A stretch of DNA of 64,000 bases from positions 28,830,001 to 28,894,000 of the forward strand of contig OX442314.1 in the NCBI GenBank assembly GCA_949358305.1. Reading direction: 5' to 3'. The notes under the pieces were generated by a model. The model was not told the DNA's origin. It did no database searches and saw only the letters and a list, made by a program, of their open reading frames with translations. The stretch is from Strigamia acuminata. Its lineage: Eukaryota. Below are positions 1-12,900 of this stretch, in pieces (position 1 is the first letter of the stretch; the number at the start of each line of letters is the position of its first letter). Made by a program: the position numbers and the translations under genes.

Positions 1-69
1 AAGGTAAAGATGGTCTTTCCCTTATAGCTGAATGCACCCCAAACCTTAACATTTCCACCACCTCCAAAG
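1..69 (-). repeat. Inverted, diverged copy of the transposase segment at ~204-271
   Basis: The reverse complement of 1-69 (TTTGGAGGTGGTGGAAATGTTAAGGTTTGGGGTGCATTCAGCTATAAGGGAAAAGACC) aligns to 204-271. Confidence 0.85.
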
Positions 70-99
70 ATCACCAAACATAGGATGCTGAATGGCACC

Positions 100-881
100 A
101 AATTATATTTTCTGGTGAAAAAAAGTTCAAAATGGACAGATCTGATGGTTGCCAACATTACTGGCATGATTTGGTAAGGAACATGAAAGTGTTTTCAAAA
201 CGAGTTGGAGGCGATGGAAGTGTTATGGTTTGGGGTGCATTCCGCTATAAGGAAAAGACCACCTTTGCCTTTATTTCTGGTTGGATGTGTTTAATTCCCA
301 TAAGTATTCAGATGTGTTTAATTCCCATAAGTATTCAGATGTGTTTAATTCCCATAAGTATTCAGATGTGTTTAATTCCCATAAGTATTCAGATGTGTTT
401 AATTCCCATAAGTATTCAGATGTGTTTAATTCTCATAAGTATTCAGATGTGTTTAATTCCCATAAGTATTCAGATGTGTTTAATTTCCATAAGTATTCAG
501 ATGTGTTTAATTCCCATAAGTATTCAGATGTGTTTAATTCCCATAAGTATTCAGATGTGTTTAATTCCCATAAGTATTCAGATGTGTTTAATTCCCATAA
601 GTATTCAGATGTGTTTAATTCCCATAAGTATTCAGATGTTTAATTCTCATAAGTATTCAGATGTGTTTAATTCCCATAAGTATTCAGATGTGTTTAATTC
701 CCATAAGTATTCAGATGTGTTTAATTCCCATTTAAATCCCTGGATGATAAGAATTGCTGGACAAAAGGCCATCTTTCAACAGGTAATGCTCCCATCCATG
801 TATTCAAGGCAACATTGTTGGGAAGAAATTAATCAAATGGTTCTTCAAAAACTAATTGATGGGATGAAAGATTTGCTTTGA
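100..881 (+). pseudogene. Tc1/mariner (Tc3-like) DDE transposase remnant, interrupted by a minisatellite and internally deleted
   Basis: Translation DGCQHYWHDL...VFSKRVGGDGSVMVWGAF...FNSHKYSDVFNSHL...AIFQQ...WEEINQMVLQKLIDGM follows the Tc3-type layout (YW.DL, GG.VMVWGAF, FQQ, W..I....L..L...M). It has frameshifts and lacks the WP..SPDLNPIE segment. Confidence 0.8.
284..731 (+). repeat. 27-bp tandem minisatellite (GATGTGTTTAATTCCCATAAGTATTCA), ~16.6 copies
   Basis: Directly visible. Units are near-identical; one unit near 634 lacks 2 bp. Confidence 0.97.
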
Positions 882-1062
882 TGCACACTGTCTTAGAAGT
901 TAGGACCAACGGCTTCTCGCGACTGTACGCAATATGGACCACAGCTGACCCAATTCTGACTGTGCTGCGTTTTCGGGATTCTACAAACAAATTTAAATCA
1001 AATAAAGTTCCGGAATTCAACGTGGAACGTAGTTGAATGCCATTTGTACAAGTAGGTCATCT

Positions 1063-1322
1063 GGGGCGTGTCATCTAGCGCAACAAAATCTTACCCCGAC
1101 ACAATCCACCGCGACTTTTGAAACTGCGACTACGTTTTTCTTTGTCTAATTCCTAGGAAGGGCTAACAAGGGGGGGCTGCGCCCCCTTGTTGCCACCCCT
1201 TGTTAGCCCTTCCGCGAACCTAACCTTACTGTTTTTTTTTTATGCAAAAACCATTTTTTAGGGACGGACTGTCGCGGTAGATCGTGTCACGGTAGATTGT
1301 GTCGCGCTAGATGTGGAGCCCC
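1063..1322. mobile_element. MITE with GGGG...CCCC termini and 8-bp TSD (MULE/Merlin-like, non-autonomous)
   Basis: Imperfect TIRs (GGGGCGTGTCATCTAGCGC / GCGCTAGATGTGGAGCCCC). TSD GGTCATCT at 1055-1062 and 1323-1330. The empty site is present in paralogous DNA at ~20801. Confidence 0.9.
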
Positions 1323-2103
1323 GGTCATCTATCTTAGTTACCGCCATTATCAGAATCACACAGGATGTAGCCCCTATGAATTTCATGGAAAGCATGAGAA
1401 AAGCAATTTACAGGAAATGCTACATCCTGTTAGCATGAAAAGAATCCTCAGTTTGAATTCAGTCTGAACCTAAAACTTGAACTTGAAACATCTCCTGAAA
1501 ACACACTTGAAACTATTGAAAATTCTTGTTTGTTTGGAGAACCTCAATTCAACTTTAGACTCATTGCTTGGAGTAACAGCCAGTTTTTCCCAGCCACCTT
1601 TAAGTTAATATCTTTGCTATAAAAGATAACGTGTGTTTAAGTCCGTCTACGATGTCGACGCTCGTTTGCAGTCGCAGCAGCCAGCGAACTGAAGGACGGA
1701 AACGCAACGATGCTGCCACATTCAGACGTAAACATTTCTTGGGAATTCCCGATTGATTTAATGGAAATCCGTTTGAATTGTGTTTCTGCTCCTACGATTG
1801 GAACAATTTCCCTTCACACCATTCCGGAGGATCCCGACCTAATCGCCGATATCCCTGACATCTCCACCGCCGAGACGAGAACTATTGTGAAGACCGAGGC
1901 TCGCGTAAATTTCTGTGTAGCCGCGGAATTGTCATCAAGAGCTCAGGCCAAGCTCTTACCGCGATTAGACAGTTTTGCACCGAGGCCATTTTATTTGTTT
2001 CCTGTGTATTATTTCTTCTTTGAATTTTTGTCATTATTGTATGTCTTGTATTTCAAGAGTACGTTTAGTACATATTTCCAAAGTCGAGGAATATACTCGC
2101 ATT

Positions 2104-3997
2104 TGGAGTGTCTCGCACTCCATTGGTCAGTCTTGACCATTGATATATATTGTGACGCTGCTACTACAGCGCCACCTATCTTTGAATAAACTAGTCAGTT
2201 ATGTAAATCTCAGCAGCACCAACGGTCACGTTATTTTGCATGCTCCATTACAGTTTTAATATTTAGTCAAGACAGACTAATTGGCGACGAGATGGAATAC
2301 CAATCCATGCTACAGAATCGTTTTTTGCAAAACTGGTAAAGTTTGGACACTTTTTGGACACCTTTTGGACGCCTGACCACGCTGACCACGCGGACCACAC
2401 GTTAGGTTTAACCCTGTTTCAAATTGTTCCGGTGTTCTCAAGAAAATCATCATGAAAAACGGATCAACAATTAATACCTCACAAACTGTAATGTACAAAA
2501 TCGCTTAAAATTAGTGTAAAGTGCTGTTTCGGACCTTTGACCACGCCGTGACCACGCCTTGACCACGCCGTGACCATGCTGTTAGGCCTACTTCCATGTA
2601 AGCCTTTTTCATGCAAAACTTCTGTGATCGCTTCAAGTATCGGTTCACTGCAACCATATTGCATCAAGAATAACTGGACCCACTACATTGACCAGTTGGA
2701 CTGCTTTTTCGTGTGCAGTGGCATCACCAATGACACGAAGAAAGTGGTTGTTTTGCTGTGCATCGTCGGCGGGCTGCCGTACACACGTCTGGCTAACCTG
2801 TTTTCCAATGAAGCTTGTGCAGATGACGTTCGCTGCCCTCGCCACGTTGAAGGCCAATTAACAGCACTCAAAACCCCTCCTCGCGGTCGACATTTCAACA
2901 CCCGAGTGCAGGGACAGGTGGAATCCGCTGCAGATTTTGCCATTTTGTTGCAGCTGCGTTCGGAGCACTGCAACTATTCTGATCAACTCCACAAGTTGAG
3001 TTGTGTCTACATTCAGCAAACCATCATCAGTCAGTCTGAAATGAAGTTTGCTCAGGCTCACCAGTCAGCCATTCAGATGGAGCTCGCCACATGTGCAGTC
3101 TCCGACATCTACGCACGTTCGACCACGGTTGCCCCAGCGCAGAAAATCACTGGTCACAACCGCAGACGCCATTTGGGTAGCTTCTACAACTCCCAGTGTT
3201 TGTTTCGGGACCAGCCGCAGTCGTCGAACCCTTGTGCCGGCGTGTGCATCGCAGGTGATGTCACAGACCATCGTCGGTCTCGCCGCACTTTTTGCCCTTC
3301 AAAACGCTACCGTACGCGTTGGGCACGGGGCCACATTTAGCTCTCTGTTGTTCAGGCTTCTTGTGAGTGAAGGAGAGAATCATTTCGACTTCCTTTCCGT
3401 CTCCCGTCTAGCTGCTAATTCATCAAGCTAATTCATTCAACTATTGTTAATGTATCATGTTAGCATTTCAATGTTTAATTGCAATCATTGTTGGAATCAA
3501 AATTCATGTTATGTTCAATTTTACAAGTTTTATTTCGTGCATAATTCAGTAGTTTTAAAATCCAAGTATTTTATTGTTCAATTTAAATTTGCATTTCATG
3601 TCAAACTGTTACTTTGAATTTACTAATTGCTCCCCTAGTTGGTTCACAATTGAGGGGATGATGGAGTGTCTTCACTCCAATGCATGTTACTTGTTACCTT
3701 TTAATTCATTGTTCAATTGATTGTTTTTAAACCCACTTTAATTACATTGCATCCTTGTAGATCAATTGATTTCACTGTATTCTAAATTGTTCCTTCCCCC
3801 ATTCCACAATTGAGGGGATACTGGAGTGTCTCGCACTCCATTGGTCAGTCTTGACCATTGATATATATTGTGACGCTGCTACTACAGCGCCACCTATCTT
3901 TGAATAAACTAGTCAGTTATGTAAATCTCAGCAGCACCAACGGTCACGTTATTTTGCATGCTCCATTACAGTTTTAATATTTAGTCAAGACAGACTA
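2104..3997 (+). mobile_element. Non-autonomous Gypsy (Mag-like) LTR retrotransposon with 176-bp LTRs
   Basis: LTRs at 2104-2279 and 3822-3997 look identical. 5-bp TSD GCATT (2099-2103, 3998-4002), PBS-like TGGCGACGAG at 2282, PPT GAGGGGA at 3812. No pol. Confidence 0.93.
2630..3340 (+). pseudogene. gag: Degenerate gag of a Mag-clade-like Gypsy element
   Basis: IGSLQPYCIKNNWTHYIDQLDCFFVCSGITNDTKKVVVLLCIVGGLPYTRLANL and FNTRVQGQVESAADFAILLQLRSEHCNY resemble the Mag-type gag N-terminus and its F..R.Q...ES...F...L.....C motif. Confidence 0.75.
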
Positions 3998-4395
3998 GCA
4001 TTGTAAAGGTTTCTCAAGCAGAAAAACCTCCAATTTATTTGCCTTACTCATTTCTGTATAAATCATATAAATCTAAAAGATATTATTTTGATAATTAAAT
4101 TTATTTCAGATAAATTATTTGTAAGAAGGCTGTTTTGAGAAGGGCTTGGTTTGTTTATTTAGAATTGTATAAGTCTAGTCGTAGCATCCACCGTCTTTGT
4201 TTCAATTACTTGTAGTAAGAATAAGGATCGTGAATGTGAAGGATCCTTGAATGTAACCCCCAAATTCCATTACTTTTCCCCAAAACGTTTACAAGACGTT
4301 TTTACCGTTTTCCGAACTTGAGGCAGACCCAACTTCAAAATTGGCGCTGATTCGATACCTACCGGCAAACGTACACTCGCCTCTGGTTTGTAACC

Positions 4396-4590
4396 ATGAC
4401 TGGGGACAAATGGGATGAAGCCACTTGTACTTGCCCAACATTCTATAAGACATATGTTTGCAAACATACTCTTGGAATAGCCGTCAAAGAGGGCTTTCTG
4501 GCAGTGCCACCCGAGGCCAAGAATGTTCCAATTGGGCTAAACGCAAACGGGGTAGGCCATCTAAGGCCACACTGGCGTTGCAAACTTAAA
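4396..4590 (+). pseudogene. MULE-type transposase C-terminal fragment (SWIM zinc finger plus AT-hook-like motif)
   Basis: CTCPTFYKTYVCKH is a SWIM CxC-xn-CxH motif; KRKRGRPSKA follows after a frameshift. Confidence 0.7.
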
Positions 4591-4633
4591 ACCAGAGGAT
4601 GTTTAATATTTGGTGGCAAAATCAAGGGAAATA

Positions 4634-4779
4634 TACTCTTTCCACACTCAAGGTTGACCCTGGAAGCTGGGCTCCTATTGGCCGAGCCATTTAACTTGTG
4701 TAGCAGTAGTTGCATTGCAGTTCTAAGTAGGCCAATGGGAGCCCAGCTTCCAGGGTCAACCTTGAGTGTGGAAAGAGTA
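4634..4779. mobile_element. 146-bp hairpin MITE with TA TSD (Tc1/mariner-type)
   Basis: ~50-bp near-perfect TIRs (TACTCTTTCCACACTCAAGGTTGACCCTGGAAGCTGGGCTCC and its reverse complement), with TA on both sides. Confidence 0.88.
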
Positions 4780-5909
4780 TAGTGTTTAAGTAAACAGTGT
4801 GGAAATAAATATTTTTGGGGTGTTGATAACTAGAATTGGTGGAAAAATAAATAAAAATAGTGTGTGAATAATTGGTGTAAAATTAAATACTTTTGTGGGT
4901 TTTTTCAATTGTTTTGTGGGTATCAATAATTTGATCTCATAAAGAAATTTAAAAAAAAAGTTATTAAAACTTTAGACCAGTTCGTGACTTTTGGCCAATA
5001 AGTAAGGATTTTTATCTATCTTACATCAGGGTCTTTATCCAATTCGACATCGTCACGCTTATCTCGACGCACAATCAATTTTACAAAGAAATGATAAAAT
5101 ATTTATTTGAGTTTGTATCAGTACTTTCTTTTGCAGTAAACAAACCGGGACAGAACATCAATATTCCACGTGTCTGTTTTGGTGAGGTGTGTTCTTCAAC
5201 TTTTATACCTTGCTCTCTAAATTTTCACATTCACAATTTTCCATCTTATTACCTACTCGATTATAGTTCAACGCCCACTATCAAATTTGAGAAGTATTTA
5301 CGTTACCAGTGATGATGGGTCAATTCTGGAACTCCGTCAAAATCAGCAACGCACAAAGACCAACAATGTAAGTAGCAACATGAAATTAGCTGCCGATCGA
5401 ATAACGACATAACAGAATAGCTCTTAAGTAAAATACCGGTTGGCCCACATAAAACACAAGGTTGATCCAGTCATTAGGTTTGGCTACTTGGCCAAAATGA
5501 CGTCACTTCCTTAAAACGAAGTGGCGGAGCTATTGCTGCTCTGATGTCGGTGGACGCCCATTCAAAGTGTAAAAATGCCATAGTGTGCTTACCGACAAAA
5601 TCATAAAGCATGAATATATATTAACCTGTTTTTCATTAAAGGTCGTTACGTATGGATTGTTTCATATTGATTGTTGCAAATTGATTTATGAATCACTTGT
5701 TTTTAGCTTTTAAGTCTAATTGTTGTGAGTACACACACACAAATAATGAACAAATATCTTTAAAATTTTGTAATAATTTCACGTGTTTGTTGTAATGGAT
5801 CAGAAATCACTGAAATCACTGGTCTTCGGCCATAAATCATAAAAGAACTTATTTTCCATCCCTGCTTGCAACTAAAATGGTTTCATTATCGAAAACTATT
5901 TATTCGCAG

Positions 5910-7653
5910 GTGCAACGTGAGAAGACAAGTCAGACCCAGACGAGTCAGATATGAAAAACACCCTGTTAAAAAACTACAAACTGATTTTTTGGGACTGAGC
6001 AAATTGTGTGATCAATCATACACCGTGTTTTTCAAACTGGTTTGGTTCCTACTTGTCGTGGCTTGCTTCACTGCTTGTTTGTTCCAAATTTACGAGCGTG
6101 TGAGCGTTTTTCTAGATGGGGCAATTACGCAAGAAGTAGAATTCCGACCACAAACATCTTTTTTATTTCCCTCGGTCAGTATATGCAGTATGCATGTATA
6201 TTATCTAATGAAGCATATGAAATATCACCGAAACACTATCAACAATAAGACACGTAACTTAATCAACAGCGATGTCGACGAATTATGGACTACATTGGGT
6301 AGAATAAATCTCGACCACTTTTGCGCCGTAAGTAAAAATAAAGTGCCTTTTCATTTAACTAAGTGTTGGCATTAACATCAGTAACAGTTTAATCTAATTA
6401 TTTATATCCTCAGAAAACAGCACACTTGTACGAATGTGGTAAACAACTTTCTGAGATAATGACAGCAAACCCTGTTAACACAGTAGTTGGAAATTGTATG
6501 GTGTTTAATCTGAGTAATACCAAAATTATATCAAATTCTTGTGAATGTTGTTGTGAGAAAGTTTTTACAGGCTGGTTAGTATATTTCTTGTGTATTACCT
6601 GGACTAATTGCCACGTAGAGTGCATCCACTCTTCAATACGACCTATATCAAATTTTTTTCACCATGGCTCTGGCCAACGATCTTGTAAAAACCTGTTTGC
6701 AATAACGTTTATACAGTAGTCAGAATTTCGATTGAATAGCAATTATACGATTGCAGATAAGAAAATGGAGTACAAAGGTCCATTCACTTATCTTAGTTTG
6801 GGCTGGAAAACCGTTGAGGTTCCCTATCCAAAACCAACTATCTTTGTAAGGTGAAAAGATGAAAACAAAGAACAGAAATGAAATAAAAAATGTCACATTC
6901 ACCTTGCAGTTCTCTCTGCACGGTGATGCATTCCGGCATGTCTATGATGGCGTTGTAGTATCTGAACAAGCCAAAGTCAATTTTCATACTTACTACCGAA
7001 TATATGAAAAAGAGGTGCAGTAACACAATTTTAATAAGAAATTAACGCTTTCAAATATGAATCCAAATTTTAGTTTAAGAATTTGAATTTACCTCGCAAT
7101 CCCTGTGCACCGGCAGAAGAAGTTACAAGCTGCATAACTAATTGCTTAGACAAATTATTAGAAGAGAAGTTAACTTGTAGGTAAGATTCCAATGCACGTA
7201 TGTTAGAACTGTTTCATCCAGATGTGTATGTAAATAATGTAATCTCTCATTTTCTTTGTCAGCTTACCATTTTTCAATTCCACGCTACCACGATGCACCA
7301 GATTTAATGAAACTGAGAATGGATTATGGGCTGGTCGGTCCGCAGCAATCTACATGGTCGAAAATGTTAAACCTTGTCACTGTAAACGTAAATGTAACGA
7401 GATCAAATACACATTGAATAAGGAAACGCAGACACATAATGATAACCCAAACACAATAGGGCTGAGTTTCCGTTTTTCAGCAGAAACACACGAAACGATT
7501 ATAGAGCGCCAAATGTTCTCACTTTCAGCTTTGTTCAGTGAAATTGGTGGAACCCTCGGTCTATACCTTGGCATCAGCATTTTCACAATTGCTGATCTCA
7601 CTAGCTTTCTTGCCCGACTTTCAATTTCCAAGTTTAAACGTTTTCTAAAATGA
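5910..7653 (+). CDS. DEG/ENaC (ASIC/pickpocket-like) channel subunit, copy 1; exons 5910-6327, 6414-6513, 6757-6845, 6910-7014, 7074-7180, 7263-7653
   Basis: TM1 (LVWFLLVVACFTACLFQI), FPSVSIC motif, GNCMVFN, Cys-rich thumb (C..NC..., CHCKRKCNE) and TM2 region EIGGTLGLYLGISIFTIADL. GT-AG introns join in frame. The paralogue's ATG reads GTG here. Confidence 0.88.
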
Positions 7654-8274
7654 TTAATACCGCTTAAGTTCAGCTTTCAGTAAGCCACATCACACCTAGA
7701 TCAATCTCAGCACTATCATATTAGAATGATAAAAATAAAACCTCCAGTAGGGTTTAATACACATTAAAGTTTGAATGTAAATACCGGTAAGTTTGCTTTT
7801 AGAACGACTCCCCCACCAGCACTCTAAGTTCTACCCACCCCCAAAACTATTCTATTCACTCAAAGAAACAATCCATTATTTATTGTTGGACTCATCATTA
7901 ATGCATCAGAAAAGAGTTCCAAAAACTATTTAAATATATTGAAAAAGAGCACTTGATAACACTCGTATGACTATCAATTGGTGTATAATTCAAAGTACAA
8001 TCACATACGCAAACATTTTCTAAAATTGTAATCCTCACATTCCGGGTTCCTTTCCTAATTGGGCAGTTTAGTGCATTCTATTCAACTAGATGAAAGGATC
8101 ATTTTGATGGATATCATGAATATTTGAATAAATTACCTACTATACTGGTAGGCGGTAATTATACATTAAAAAAATTATACCATTTTTCTCAACTTGTACT
8201 TGTACTTGTCAGTTGAATATTCTCAAATTGTATCTCTTTGTCAATATTTTTCTCTGCAATACAATGTAGGAAGT

Positions 8275-8460
8275 TGTTACTCGAACACCGGACTCCGATT
8301 CCTGTCCTTAGTTCACCTCCCTACCGTAAGCAAGCATCTCGTCTTTGTAAGGGGTTTATGGATTGGTTATCATAAATCCCCACTGTACGCCATTTTGTGT
8401 TGCTTTGAATAAACCAGTCTTTCGCTGTTTTCCAACATGCACGTACGATACTGACTCACA
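8275..8460 (+). mobile_element. Probable solo LTR (186 bp)
   Basis: TG...CA ends, internal AATAAA, imperfect TSD GAAGT/GAATT. Absent from the paralogous flank of gene copy 2 (~20490-20510). Confidence 0.7.
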
Positions 8461-9719
8461 GAATTAAAGTAAATAAAATGAATGAATAAAATGATTTATC
8501 ATTGAATACGCCTAACTTAAATAACATATTAATTGTTCTAACGCTCAGGCTTATGCGCCAATATCCTGTTAATCAGGATTTTTAGAATTGCTGTATCCAT
8601 GGATCTTATTAGAGGTTAGATTAAAGATGATATGAAATGAAGGAATAGGAATCAAAGATGGAAGAGCATTCATGATTGTGATGTTGAAATCTGTGTCTTT
8701 TATTCAAGAGTTCGCTAGATGTTGCTGTCAATCAAATATCACAATACAGTCTGTCAAAAATTACGTTTAGTGTAAAGTGGTCTTGAAAAAAGCCATAAAT
8801 AATTCGCCCTTCAAATAGACTGGATTTTCCCCTTCCAAAAAAATTAATTTTCCTCCACTTTTGCCACCCCCCAAAAAAAACTATTTTGTCCCCTTTTTCA
8901 CAGGAATTTTCCTCCGTTTTTCCCCACCCCTCAAAACAAGCTTTTCCCCCCTCAAATGCCATATGAACGTCGTGTATACGTACAGAGACTCCAGATTGAT
9001 GGGTAGTTGGCTTTTATTAATCCATTTAACCCACGTGCCGACAGGGCCGCAAAGGCACGCCACACCAGCAACCGACCTGGTAGGTTATCCCCATGTACAA
9101 CATCGTTGTTTAGCTTTTACTACTCCATCATGCTTACCTATGGCCCATGCAACAGCTCATGGTGGATCCGACATATCACCACGTACGGAGCGTCACAACA
9201 GTGAATAGGAAGGAGAGTGGAGCAGCTCAGGACACGACTGCTCTTGCTGACTTCACAACAATTTCTCACACAGGTCTGTCTCAATTGAGACCCGACGTTT
9301 CTCTACACCACTCAGCTCCCTCCTTTCCCTCATTCATACCACTCCACGACGAAGGGATGACCTTGAAGCCATTGGCCATTTTTTCAGTAATGCAAGTCAC
9401 CCTTGGATGGCCAAGCGGTAACAGTATGTATGTATAAATAATACGTATAATCCTCTGTGGCATGTAAAAATTTAAAATTATGACTGGAACCATGAAAGAT
9501 GCACATTCCCTAGGTTTGGAAAGATTTACCTTTGGCAATAATTGCAGTAAATATGTGAAACCTTTATTAGCGGGAGAATAAACATAAGAGATCAACAGTT
9601 TTCTTAGGAAGGTTTTTTAGTTGGGGGTAAAATGTGTCAAAGATGGTTATTAATTTGTTGCCATTTAAGTTATAAAGCATCAACAGGGTTTAGTGAACTC
9701 TATCTGTCCCAGAAAAAGC

Positions 9720-10209
9720 GGGGTGCCGTTCCAACGGCGAATCGTCTAAGGGCGAATCTGGCCATTCGGACGAATGGCGAATTTCGACCTTATTCCGTCC
9801 AAAAGCAGTCCCAATGGCAAATTTCTCCCAATTCGCCATTGGGAACGTATTTGGACCTTCTAATGGCGAATTGGTAGAAATTAGCCACAGGAGCGCGTCA
9901 TGAATCTGCCGCGACAAGCCGACGCAAAAAAATGGTTTTGGATCAAAAAACCAGTAAGGTTAGATTCGCGAGGGGTCAAGGGGGGGCGCAGCCCCCCCTT
10001 GTTAGCCCTTCTTAGGAATTGGGAGTCGCGGTAGTGACGCCCACAGATTCGCCATTCTAAACGCAAATAACGTTTCCAATGGCGAATTTCAATACACACG
10101 TTTCCAATGGCAAATTTGCCCAGATTCGCCATTGGAATGTCAAAATACCTTTCCAATGGCGAATTTTCAAAATTTGCCATTAGGTGATTCGCCGTTGGAA
10201 CGGGTACCC
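9720..10209. mobile_element. MITE with long TIRs and subterminal repeats, 8-bp TSD (MULE/Merlin-like)
   Basis: TIRs GGGGTGCCGTTCCAACGGCGAATC / GATTCGCCGTTGGAACGGGTACCC; TSD GAAAAAGC; repeated AATGGCGAATT motifs. Confidence 0.9.
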
Positions 10210-10505
10210 GAAAAAGCATTACAATGAGTTATTTGGGGGGCAAAAGAGGTTTTTTGGGAATTAAGGAATTCTTTTGTTTAGTTTTCTTTGGGGGGGGAAA
10301 CAGTTTTCTTTGGGGGAAAAATATTATTTTTGGGGGGCCATGAATCAAACTGACCAGGAACTGAGGAATGGTTACCAACCCGTGTATTTCGAATGCGCAT
10401 ATCATTCAACACACACTTCAATTCTCGTGTCCGGCGTGGCATTAGTTCCTGCTGGAGTAGAGTATAATTGTGGTGCGTAACATGCTCCAGTTTTCTTCTG
10501 GAACT

Positions 10506-11890
10506 TGTGGTGACCCTGAGCCACTTTTATTCAATTTAATGTGTTTTTATTTAATAAAAGAGTCACCACGAAAGAAGTTATATTTACATTTTATTTTGGT
10601 AATATTTGTGTTTGGCACACGCCAAACAGTTACATAATTTAGGGGAGAAAATCCTCCCCTAACACGGCTCACCCCAATATTGTGTGGGGTGAGGCGTTAA
10701 TTAACCGCTTAGTGAGGCAAAATCCTTTGTCTCACTAAATTACGACATCTGCGCAGCATCCGCTGCGCATGTTTGAAGCGTGCCTGGCACACGCCACCCT
10801 TCCCATAGCCAACGGTTATAGTGCAATAATAACGGCTTTTGGCGCAACAAAATCCTTTGTTGTGCCAAAATTAGTAATCTGCACATATTTCGTGCGCAGA
10901 TTTCGAGAGTGCATAAAACCCCAAATTTTGGCGGTTTGGCCCACTCTTGACACTGACACACCAACAACAAACAACCCAAATGATCATCACTGAAGAACTT
11001 CAAACAAAAGGATTCCAAGTGCTGACCGGGTTTACACGTTTTGGTGAGTTGAGAGACATTGCTGTTTCCACTGAATAAATTCGGTGGAACCAGCCACATT
11101 TGCGCACAGAATACGAATTTCGGGTAACGCCCGAGAAACTCCGCTCACCCGCCGCCGTCGAGTCGCGTTGACTTGTTCCGTGATTTGCCTTCGTCGATCG
11201 AGCAACCCGTCGCCGTCAACCATCGTGAGAAGACAGTGAACCACCTGTGAGCTTTACTCCGGAGTTCACTGTTCATCGCCATCGTACGAGCGAAGGAAAT
11301 TTGTCCCCGCTCGTTGTCTGATCATTGTGAGAGCGCCATCGAGTTTACTCTGGTACTCTCATCATCGTCGTCAACGGCAAAACTTCTCGTAGAGAATCGT
11401 CGCCGCTATCTGTAAACCACCTGCGAGCTTTACTCCGGAGTTTACAGATAAAAGTAGCTGTTCTTTAACGAGAAATAATATTTCTCAGGCGAGTCCGTCT
11501 CGCCATTTTTCCAGCGCAACAAGCAGCCGTTTGTTGCGCGCCAAACACTCGATCAACCGTCGTTGTTGGCGCCTTTTTCCTTTGTTTCAAGTGAGCGTAA
11601 CCGTTTCACTTGGTACATTTCTCACTCCTCTTCTCTTTTTCTCTCCCTAATTTTAACCGCTAAATTCATAACTTCTTAGTAAATTTAATAATTATATTTC
11701 TCATAATTATATTTGTAATTTTCGCATAAATAAAACATTTTTGTATTTTATTTAATCCAAACTGTCGTTTTCCTTTCATAAAATTACTTCTAGACACCAC
11801 ACAGGCAACCGAGTATAAGGCTTATAAACGGCATCTCACTTGCGAATCGCTCACTACAAGGTAAGTATTTGTTTTAGAGCGGAATTCCCG
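10506..11890 (+). mobile_element. Long solo-LTR-like repeat (family A, copy 1)
   Basis: Starts TGTGGTGACCC, the same 11 nt as the LTR start at 24082. Homologous in reverse orientation to 15492-16590 and 20828-22269. Confidence 0.75.
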
Positions 11891-11919
11891 GAGGATCGCA
11901 ACAAACTGAGGCCCAAATA

Positions 11920-12900
11920 TTGGGGTGAGCTATTTTAATTTTCTTTGCCAGATGAGCGTGGAATGACTCCACTGCATTGTTTGTTCTGCCTGGCGCTTCA
12001 TGCCGACAGAACCGATCCAGAAGTCTTCAACGTACGCTAGAAATAAATAGACCTTTTGATCAACAGCGGTTGTGAAATTTGTTTCAGAAAATACATCTTT
12101 TATGCGTCTTAGCCCCTCGGTGATTTGATCAGCTGGTAAAAAAGGTAAAGCCATAGCTTGCTTTACTAATGATTTGACCTCAACAATGCTCTTGTAGTCT
12201 ACAGTCTACAGTCAGACCTAGCTGTTGGACTTTCTTCCACAGGGCTTGGCAGTAATGGAACCGACAGCCCTGACTTACTGCAGTTGGGAAAACTGTTTGT
12301 TTGAGTATTGCGGGTAGCAGCCCCGTTTTAAAGTCGGTGATAACATTGGTGTCGGTGCGACAAAGTAGTTGCAACTCAGTTCTCAAGTGCCAAAACAACG
12401 CTTCGTATGCCACTTGAGTTTTACGCGACATAAGGACGTTCCAAAACAGAAAACACGTAATCGGTTTTTTTCAACAAAAACGGTGAAGAGTTGGTAGAAC
12501 AACCGAGGGACTACTTTGAATGTCCCATCCATTTGAAAGCGCCTCGAGTTACGCGCAACGACCAGCATGTTGTCACCACCGAATATTAGTGCTTCTGAGC
12601 CGTCGGCAGCACTGATCGTTACGCGGTTATTCAAATACGCAATTGGGATGTTACGCGGTTATTCAATTACGCATTTGGGACGTTGCGCGTTTATTCAATT
12701 ACGCAGTTGGAACGTTACGCTTTATCAGAGTACGCAGTTAGGAAGTTAGGCAGAGTACGCAGTTAGGAGGTCAGGCGGTTAATTCCGCAGTTGTTCAATT
12801 CTGTTAACTTATTATGCTCTTGTTCAATGCGCGGAAATTCAGTAATGTTTGCCCTGCGCAAATCAATTTAGCTGTAATTCAATTTAGCTGTCGTTACACC
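11920..12900 (-). pseudogene. MULE (Mutator-like) transposase remnant with one terminus
   Basis: MDGTFKVVPRLFYQLFTV, MSRKTQVAYEALF, ITDFKTGL, GCRFHYCQALWKKVQQLGL and MALPFLPADQI are MULE-domain motifs, split by stops and frameshifts. TTACGC subrepeats lie at 12620-12790 and a GGTGTAACG terminus at 12900. Confidence 0.88.

Noticed and set aside
284..731. CRISPR-like array
   Set aside because: The units are contiguous with no unique spacers, there are no cas genes, and the context is eukaryotic.
1631..4272. Older long LTR hosting the Mag-like element, and ORF 1710-2189
   Set aside because: The composition is suggestive, but I could not define a clear CA end or TSD, and the ORF runs into the inserted LTR.
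6571..6719. Extra ENaC exon
   Set aside because: It leads to a stop and is not frame-conserved in copy 2, so I treat it as intron.
9027..9421. piggyBac-like element starting TTAACCC
   Set aside because: No convincing matching right TIR or TTAA was found.
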